NCBI GenBank assembly: GCA_041688005.1
Contig: JBDNJA010000134.1
Span: 79 to 64,078 of the forward strand
Source of the DNA: Gammaproteobacteria bacterium
GTDB taxonomy: Bacteria > Pseudomonadota > Gammaproteobacteria > GCA-001735895
DNA length: 64,000 nucleotides
Direction: 5' to 3'
The position numbers were made by a program, and so were the translations under genes. The notes under the pieces were generated by a model. It was not told the origin of the DNA. It worked only from the letters and a program-made list of their open reading frames with translations, and ran no database searches. Shown here in pieces: positions 57,961-64,000 of this stretch (its first letter is position 1; every line of letters starts with the position of its first letter).

Positions 57961-58634
57961 CAGGTGTTAACAGCAGCACCACTCGGCAATATGGGAGCAC
58001 TGGACTGGGGTTGGCAATCACCAGGAAATTGGTTAGGGATAACAATCATGCTAAGGCACCCTTCCAAATCGCTATGCTGGATCACAATATGCTGGGGATA
58101 AATGGGGACGCGTTAGGTATAAAAATTCGAACGGATACACAATTCGATGACTTGAAATTACTTATATTTTCATCCACAGGCCAAAAATATGATGCCACAT
58201 ATTTATCAGATATTGGATTCAATGCGTATTTAAATAAGCTCAGTCTCTACGAAACTCTGCGAGCAATATTATCTGACACGCTCGATCACAGCACCGGCAA
58301 CCCCATCATTACGCAACACAGAATTAAAGACGCGATTCTGTTTAACGATGCATCACAGCAAGCTTTCAATGCCTCTGTGCTATTGGTCGAAGATGTATTG
58401 CCAAACCAGATAAGTGCAAATAAGGTTATGACAAAGATGGGTGTTGGTGCCGATGTTGCCTGCAATGGTATCGAAGCGGTAGAGTCGTTTAAGGCCAATG
58501 GGTATGACTTGATATTTATAGATTGCCATATGCCGTAAATGAATCATTACGAGGCAACCAAAGCCATTCGTGAGATAGAGATAGAAAAATCAGAGGATAG
58601 TTTTCACCCACCCTGGGTACTCACCCGGAAATAA
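57957..58634 (+). pseudogene. Remnant of a hybrid sensor histidine kinase (HATPase tail + degenerate receiver domains)
   Basis: Begins mid-domain with the G2 box (YGSTGLGLAITRKLV), followed by a receiver-like segment. A second receiver (VLLVEDVLPNQISANKVM...YDLIFIDCHMP*MNHYEATKAIREIE) is interrupted by an in-frame TAA where D-x-MP-x-MDG-x-E is expected. HisKA and sensor parts are absent. Confidence 0.65.
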
Positions 58635-58800
58635 ACAAATTCTGTATTGGTGTTGTTCATGCCATGATTGGGACGACTAATACTTAGTTTTAAAATTGAT
58701 AATTCTGGACGAAAATAAATACGTCGACAGCAAAGGACATGAAACGACTGTTCTCATATTGAGATTGATGCCTGTGGAAGACACCGCCAAAAATATCCGA

Positions 58801-60837
58801 TCAAATATCCTTCACTAACCTCAGGGCGTCATAAATAGCAGCATGGGTATTTCTGGCAGACACTGCATCGCCAATTCGAAATAACTGAAATTTACCTGCT
58901 GCATTGCTGCATACCGATTGTATTTTGCCGGCGATTAAATTAGCCTGGTCGACGGTGCCTAAATTGGAAGATAAAGGTTTTAGATCGAAGTAAATATCAT
59001 CCATTGGAATGGTGCCGTGATTGACGATGATCTGATCGAAACTACGTTGCTTTGTGAGGTCACTATAATCACTGCCTATTGTTGCCATTAAACGATCACC
59101 CTCTTTTGCCACACTTTTTAGTCGGTAAGTAACCGTAAAGGTGGTATTTTTATCCTGCATGCTACGCATATAAGGAACTAAATTCATCGCCATCACGTCA
59201 GGTGCAAAGCTTCGGTCCGGCGTCATTATTTCAACCTTGGCCCCAGTTGCTGCGATGATTTCAGCCGCCTGTAATCCGGCGTGATCACCTGCATCATCAT
59301 ACACTAGTACATCCTGACCAGGCTTGATGCCACGCGAGATAATATCCCAGCTTGATTCGACTAGGTCGTTCCCTGCTTCGAGCACTTCGGTATGCGGTAA
59401 TCCGCCAGTGGCGACGATTACAACTTCGGGATTTTGTGCCAGTACGTCGTCAATTTCAGCCAGCGTATTGAAGTGGAATTCAACATCACCCTTTTTACAT
59501 TGCCCAACACGCCAATCGATAATAGAGATCATTTCTCGTCGCCTTTGGCTTTGCGCCGCGAGTCTTACTTGTCCACCTGGTTTTGCTGTGGCTTCGAATA
59601 TAACGACACTATGACCCCTTTCTGCTGCGACTCGAGCGGCCTCAAGTCCGGCTGGACCAGCGCCGACGATGACGATTTTCTTTTTGATTTTGGCTTTCGG
59701 GATATCGTGTGGCATGGTGAGTTCTCGGCCTGATGCTGCGTTGTGCATACACAGTGCTTCGCCACCCTGATAAATACGGTCGAGACAGTAGGTGGCACCG
59801 ACGCATGGTCGTATATTATCTTCTTCACCTGCGATGATCTTTCGTACGATATGTGGGTCTGCCAAATGTGCTCGTGTCATACCGACCATATCAATCAGGC
59901 CAGCTCGAACTGCATGTCGGGCGGTCGCAACATCAGGAATCCGGGCCGCATAAAATGTTGGCATTCCAGTCGCCTTTCGCACTTCGCCTGCAAAATCGAG
60001 CCAGGGTGCTGATTTTGAGCCTTGTCCAGGAATAACATCAGATAATGCGGGGTCGGTGTCGATATGGCCGCGGATAACATTGAGGAAATCGACTAAGCCA
60101 TCTGCTTTTAACCGCTTCGATATCTCGATACCATCTTCTGCTGTCAGCCCACCTTTGGCAACTTCGTCGGCGGTATAACGAATGCCAACGATAAATTCAT
60201 TACCGACGCGTTTACGAATGGCGCGTAATACATCATTAGAAAAACGTAACCGATTCTCCATTGACCCGCCATAAGGCGCGTCAAGCGTGTTCGTTAGAGG
60301 TGACCAGAATTGATCCATTAAATGGCCATAAGCCTGTAATTCGATACCATCGAGCCCAGCTGCCTGCATACGCTCGGCGGCGTCGGCGTAGTCGGTAATG
60401 ATTCGATCGATATCCCAATCTTCCATTTTTTTCGGAAACGAACGATGAGAAGTTTCTCGATTATGCGAAGGGGATACAGCCGGTAGCCAGTCGCCCTTAC
60501 TCCAACTGGTACGCCGGCCAAGGTGAGTGAGCTGAATCATCACTGCACAACCGTGTTCGTGACAACTATCGGTTAGCTGTCGCATCCATGGCACCACTTC
60601 ATCTTTATACGCGAGAATATTATTAAAAACCGGTGGGCTGTCTTTTGAGATAGCCGCTGATCCGGCAGTCATGGTCATACCAATGCCCGCTTTTGCGCGC
60701 GTCTCATGATAAGCCCGATAACGTTCCTTTGGCATGCCACCTTCAGCATAAGCGGGTTCATGACTGGTGATCATGATGCGATTTTTGATCGTCAAATGCT
60801 TGAGCTGGTAGGGCTGCAGTAGTGGGTCTTGCGACAT
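58801..60837 (-). CDS. NADH:flavin oxidoreductase (OYE-like TIM barrel + FAD/NAD(P)-binding domain; 2,4-dienoyl-CoA reductase / N-methylproline demethylase-like)
   Basis: Preferred Met at 60837 (MSQDPLLQPYQLKHLTIKNRIM; the track ORF extends to 60912). ~678 aa. An OYE-like N-terminal domain is followed by VIVGAGPAGLEAA Rossmann motifs. Substrate not assignable from sequence. Confidence 0.85.
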   Translation of the reverse strand: MSQDPLLQPYQLKHLTIKNRIMITSHEPAYAEGGMPKERYRAYHETRAKAGIGMTMTAGSAAISKDSPPVFNNILAYKDEVVPWMRQLTDSCHEHGCAVMIQLTHLGRRTSWSKGDWLPAVSPSHNRETSHRSFPKKMEDWDIDRIITDYADAAERMQAAGLDGIELQAYGHLMDQFWSPLTNTLDAPYGGSMENRLRFSNDVLRAIRKRVGNEFIVGIRYTADEVAKGGLTAEDGIEISKRLKADGLVDFLNVIRGHIDTDPALSDVIPGQGSKSAPWLDFAGEVRKATGMPTFYAARIPDVATARHAVRAGLIDMVGMTRAHLADPHIVRKIIAGEEDNIRPCVGATYCLDRIYQGGEALCMHNAASGRELTMPHDIPKAKIKKKIVIVGAGPAGLEAARVAAERGHSVVIFEATAKPGGQVRLAAQSQRRREMISIIDWRVGQCKKGDVEFHFNTLAEIDDVLAQNPEVVIVATGGLPHTEVLEAGNDLVESSWDIISRGIKPGQDVLVYDDAGDHAGLQAAEIIAATGAKVEIMTPDRSFAPDVMAMNLVPYMRSMQDKNTTFTVTYRLKSVAKEGDRLMATIGSDYSDLTKQRSFDQIIVNHGTIPMDDIYFDLKPLSSNLGTVDQANLIAGKIQSVCSNAAGKFQLFRIGDAVSARNTHAAIYDALRLVKDI

Positions 60838-60887
60838 TTTAATTCCCTTAAGCTGATGTGGAGATGGTTGGCACAGTATCAAACTTG

Positions 60888-60918
60888 ACACCAATGTCAA
60901 TATAAGGGACATTGGTGT
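60888..60918. promoter_or_regulatory. Candidate TetR operator palindrome in divergent promoter region
   Basis: ACACCAATGTC-aatataagg-GACATTGGTGT has perfect 11-bp arms and a 9-nt spacer. It lies between the flavin oxidoreductase start (60837) and the divergent TetR start (60986). Confidence 0.45.
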
Positions 60919-60985
60919 ACATTCTTTAATTTTATATATTAAATTAATATGCCTAACTTTAACTCGCTAAATTTGACTAGGGACT

Positions 60986-61612
60986 ATGACAATAGGACAG
61001 GCAACCAAAAGGAATAACGCTCGTGGCTCCGAGGAGGTATGGCTGGATGCAGCGCATCATTTATTGATTGAGTCCGGTGTCGAGTCGGTTAAAATCATGT
61101 CATTAGCCAATCAATTGCAGCTATCGCGCACCAGCTTTTACTGGCATTTTAGTGATCGCGAAGCCTTACTCGACGCGCTGATCAGGCGCTGGGAAAAGCA
61201 AAACACCGGTAATCTGGTCGCTCGCACACAACTCTATGCAGAGTCGATTACCGAGGCCGTACTCAATCTGTTCGACTGCTGGGTTGACCCGCAGCTTTTT
61301 GATGCTCGGATGGATTTTGCGATACGCAACTGGGCGCATCAATCAGGCAGATTAAAAGCCATACTCGAAAAAGATGATCTGCAGAGAATCCACGCCATTC
61401 ACGCCATGTTCCTGCATTTTGGATTTAGTCAAAGACAGGCCGATGTGCGGGCTCACACCGTGTACTACACACAAATCGGCTATATTTCGATGATGGTAGA
61501 AGAGAGTTTGGCGCAACGTTTGAAAAGAATTCCAGCCTATATCGAGAGTTTTACCGGGCAATTACCAACCGAGGGCGAGCTCGCTCGATTCATGTCACGT
61601 CATGCCGTATGA
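60986..61612 (+). CDS. TetR-family transcriptional regulator
   Basis: 208 aa with an N-terminal HTH (WLDAAHHLLIESGVESVKIMSLANQLQLSRTSFYWHFSDREALL). Confidence 0.85.
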   Translation: MTIGQATKRNNARGSEEVWLDAAHHLLIESGVESVKIMSLANQLQLSRTSFYWHFSDREALLDALIRRWEKQNTGNLVARTQLYAESITEAVLNLFDCWVDPQLFDARMDFAIRNWAHQSGRLKAILEKDDLQRIHAIHAMFLHFGFSQRQADVRAHTVYYTQIGYISMMVEESLAQRLKRIPAYIESFTGQLPTEGELARFMSRHAV

Positions 61613-61647
61613 GCCACCCCCGTTAAATTTAAACGGAACATTCTTTT

Positions 61648-62315
61648 ATGTCTAATCAAAAAATGAAAATATTCAGAATTTCTGTCTATCAAGGTGACCT
61701 GCCGATGAAAGAAGGCTCATACAGCTGATCGAACCAGTCATTCTCGGCCTTAGATAGCACGGTAGTCATTATTGAAACTGATAATGGTCTCACCGGTGTT
61801 GGCGAAAGCTGTCCGCTAGGTCCGGCTTATTTGTCAGCCTACGCCGAAGGACTGCGTAAAGGCGTTGCACAAATTGCGGCAGGGCTACTCGGTGAAAACC
61901 CGATAGAAATCAACAAAATCAATCGCCGTATGGATGGGCTGTTGATGGGACACCCCTATGTAAAGTCAGCTATCGATATGGTTTGTTGGGATTTGTTTGG
62001 TAAAGCCGTCGGCGAACCGGTTTATAATTTGCTGGGTGGTTTGCAGCAAGAAAAAGTCAAGTTGTTCAAAGTGGTCTCGCGTCAGGATGCCGATGCCATG
62101 GCAGAAAAAATTCGTGACTACCAGGCACAGGGATTTAACCGGTTTCAAATGAAGGTCGGTGCAGGTACCGACGCTGATATCGAAAGAATCATGCAAGTCT
62201 CCGCTGAATTAAAACCTGGCAATGTACTCGCCGCCGATGCCAATACCGGCTGGCGTCAACACGAAGCGATACGTGTCGTAAAGGCGGTTCGCGATGTTGA
62301 TATTTGTATCGAGTT
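61648..62315 (+). pseudogene. Enolase-superfamily (mandelate racemase/muconate lactonizing enzyme-like) gene: in-frame TGA and 3' truncation
   Basis: ATG 61648 gives MSNQKMKIFRISVYQGDLPMKEGSYS*. The same frame continues as SNQSFSALDSTVVIIETDNGLTGVGESCPLGPAYL...QMKVGAGTDADIERI...AADANTGW...DICIE and then diverges at ~62312, where the next gene's RBS begins. The C-terminal half of the barrel is missing. Confidence 0.7.
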
Positions 62316-62326
62316 AGGAGCTAATC

Positions 62327-63472
62327 ATGGCGAATATCCAACCTTTTCATTTCGAAGTACCTGACGAAAAACTGAAGCAAATTCATCAACGAGTTGCCGA
62401 CTATCCCTGGCACGAAATGCCCGACGATGGTGGTTGGGACTACGGTACTAATCTTGATTATATGAAGGTGTTTTGTGCTTATTGGATTAATGATTATGAC
62501 TTTCGCAAACACGAAGCAAAGATCAATAGTTTTTCGCACTTCAAGGTAAAGGTAGGCGGTATTGACCTGCATTATATCCACGAAAAAGGCAGCGGGTCTT
62601 CACCGCAACCGCTGATTATTTCGCACGGCTGGCCAGGATCGATAGTTGAGTTTCTTGATATCATCGAACCGCTGGCACACCCCGAGTGATTTGGTGACAA
62701 TGCAGACGATGGTTTCGATGTGATTGCACCATCGCTGCCCGGGTTTGGTTTCTCGGGTCGACCCGCTCGACCGATGGGCCCCAGAAAAATGGCCAGTGTG
62801 TTTAATAGCTTAATGATCGATGTATTAGGGTACGATCGCTACATCGCTCAGGGCGGTGATTGGGGCGGCGCAATTTCAAGTTGGCTTGGGTTTGAACATG
62901 CCGCTTGCTACGGAATACATATCAATATTTTAACCATGCGTCATCCACACGGCCCGCAGAGTGAAGAAGAACAGGCCTGGGCCGACAAGTTCGATCAGGA
63001 CCAAATCATGGAAGATGGTTATAGAACGCAACAGGCCACTCGACCACAAACTCTGAGCTATGCGATGATGGATAGCCCGGTTGGTGTTGCCGCCTGGCTC
63101 ATCGAAAAATTCAATTCGTGGTCAGATACAGTCGACTTTGACATCGATAGCGCCCACAGCAAAGATTCGATGCTGACTAATATTATGGTTTATCTTACAA
63201 CGGGCACCTTCAACACTGCCTCGTGGATTTACTACGGTCGGCGCGAGGAAGGTGGTCGTTATATGTCACTCGAAGACCGGCGAGTCGAAGTACCAACCGC
63301 ACTCGCACTGTTTCCGGCCGAAATGCTAGCCTGGCCGCCTCGGTCTTATGTTGAACGGTTATATAATGTAAAGCAGTGGACAGCGATGGCGCACGGTGGA
63401 CATTTTGCTGCACTGGAACAACCAACATTATTGATAGACGATATTCGAAGCTTCGCTAGAAAATTGCGCTGA
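62327..63472 (+). pseudogene. Epoxide hydrolase (EHN N-terminal domain + alpha/beta hydrolase) interrupted by one in-frame TGA
   Basis: Track ORFs 62327-62689 and 62720-63472 are in the same frame (62720-62327=393). The read-through sequence is ...ISHGWPGSIVEFLDIIEPLAHPE*FGDNADDGFDVIAPSLPGFGFSGRP...QGGDWGG...GGHFAALEQP, a contiguous microsomal-type epoxide hydrolase. Confidence 0.75.
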
Positions 63473-63522
63473 TTCACAATGTTGATAGCACAAGCCCATG
63501 CGTAATTAAGGATAATTACTCA

Positions 63523-63633
63523 ATGGGCATGCAATATCCTGAACTAACCGATCAACATATTGAGTTCATCGGCCAACAGGCAGTAATTTTTTTAGCACTG
63601 CAGCCGACACGGGTACGGTTAATGTTGCCCTAA
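63523..63633 (+). pseudogene. N-terminal remnant of a pyridoxamine-5'-phosphate-oxidase-like (FMN-binding split barrel) gene
   Basis: The 36-codon ORF is MGMQYPELTDQHIEFIGQQAVIFLALQ.... Shifting frame at the T7 run gives ...VIFF/STAADTGTVNVA, resembling the ...Q..FFVATA..DG.VNVSPKG N-terminus of the family (from memory). The sequence then decays. Confidence 0.35.
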
Positions 63634-63696
63634 TATGTCGAGGATCGAGATGCTCTGAATAAGTTGCCTGAAAAGCAACAAACTCCTCAGTGTGAT

Positions 63697-64000
63697 TTAC
63701 TGACCACACATCACTTCGATTTCAGCACATTGAATATCATCTGGACGGCCCTCAACCACGAGTATGTCGCCCGACTTTAATAGCGTATCCAGCAAAGGGC
63801 CTTCACTTCGAATGCCGTTACGACGCAGTGCAACAATGTTGATTTTCGGTAAGCACTTAAACGATTCAATTGGCTTGCCATTGGCATAGGAGTCTTGCAG
63901 TACCTCAATACTACGCAGGTGATGACGATCGGGGTTATCGACATTAACTTCATCCTTAGTACTGTGGAAAAACGCGCGTACTCGTGCATATTGACCCTCA
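63697..64000 (-). CDS. C-terminal TrkA-C (RCK_C) domain of a K+ transport/cation antiporter protein; 5' part outside the window
   Basis: The reverse strand is open from the window edge to TAA (63699-63697): ...LRSIEVLQDSYANGKPIESFKCLPKINIVALRRNGIRSEGPLLDTLLKSGDILVVEGRPDDIQCAEIE... shows the TrkA-C pattern (GK.I..L......I.A..R.G....P...T.L..GD.L.V.G). Confidence 0.55.
   Translation of the reverse strand, partial: EGQYARVRAFFHSTKDEVNVDNPDRHHLRSIEVLQDSYANGKPIESFKCLPKINIVALRRNGIRSEGPLLDTLLKSGDILVVEGRPDDIQCAEIEVMCGQ

Noticed and set aside
24554-62689. Possibility that the in-frame TGA codons (aminotransferase remnant, enolase-superfamily gene at 61726, epoxide hydrolase at 62687) reflect TGA reassignment (Trp/Gly) or selenocysteine.
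   Set aside because: TGA is used as a normal terminator at conserved C-termini of intact genes here (thiG 5054-5056, thiY 6682-6684, tenA 7392-7394, GST 12798-12800, cydA 14312-14314). Other lesions are TAA codons and frameshifts. No SECIS-like hairpin is obvious after the TGAs, and none of these families is a known selenoprotein at those positions.

Overview
This 64-kb chromosomal window is mostly AT-leaning. Hand counts of single 60-nt lines give about 43-45% G+C. Gene content looks like a marine heterotrophic gammaproteobacterium, which is an inference. Two blocks are clearly more GC-rich. The first is the left ~1.9 kb, holding a partial globin-coupled sensor and a 393-aa fusion of a sigma-54-like DNA-binding region to a GIY-YIG nuclease. 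The second is a ~7-kb nitric-oxide reductase island (nsrR, unknown membrane gene, norE, norF-like, convergent with norCBQD) with NsrR-type palindromes upstream of both operons. In order, the remaining content is as follows. A TPP riboswitch precedes a 9-gene thiamine operon (thiD-thiO-thiS-thiG-thiE plus thiY-tenA-thiZ-thiX pyrimidine salvage). Next come an XRE/cupin regulator, tdh-kbl, a GST, and a short-form cytochrome bd oxidase whose stop abuts a truncated TetR gene. An isochorismatase-like gene and a DDAH-like gene follow. A co-directional minus-strand block (24260 to 17544) then holds a tightly coupled uncharacterised 4-gene cassette, a secreted TPR protein and a two-component system. 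The cassette encodes a thermostable-hemolysin-family/GNAT-like protein, an adenylating enzyme, a heme-oxygenase-like di-iron protein and an SDR. After that come housekeeping genes (rlmG, xni, rluE), guanidino-compound enzymes (agmatinase family, creatinase), MFS transporters, two paralogous 2-hydroxyacid dehydrogenases flanking the nor island, peptidases, a NUDIX hydrolase, a nitrilase-family gene, moaA-fdhD-yigZ, and an orphan PD-(D/E)xK-like protein with a long disordered tail. The window ends with a flavin oxidoreductase/TetR pair followed by three inactivated genes. The window is unusually rich in gene remnants: at least ten, broken by in-frame TGA/TAA codons, frameshifts or internal deletions. 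It also contains a 1.3-kb non-coding stretch with a cluster of DnaA-box-like 9-mers. I found no rRNA, tRNA, CRISPR array or intact transposase. All family assignments come from reading the translated ORFs and need HMM or BLAST confirmation.
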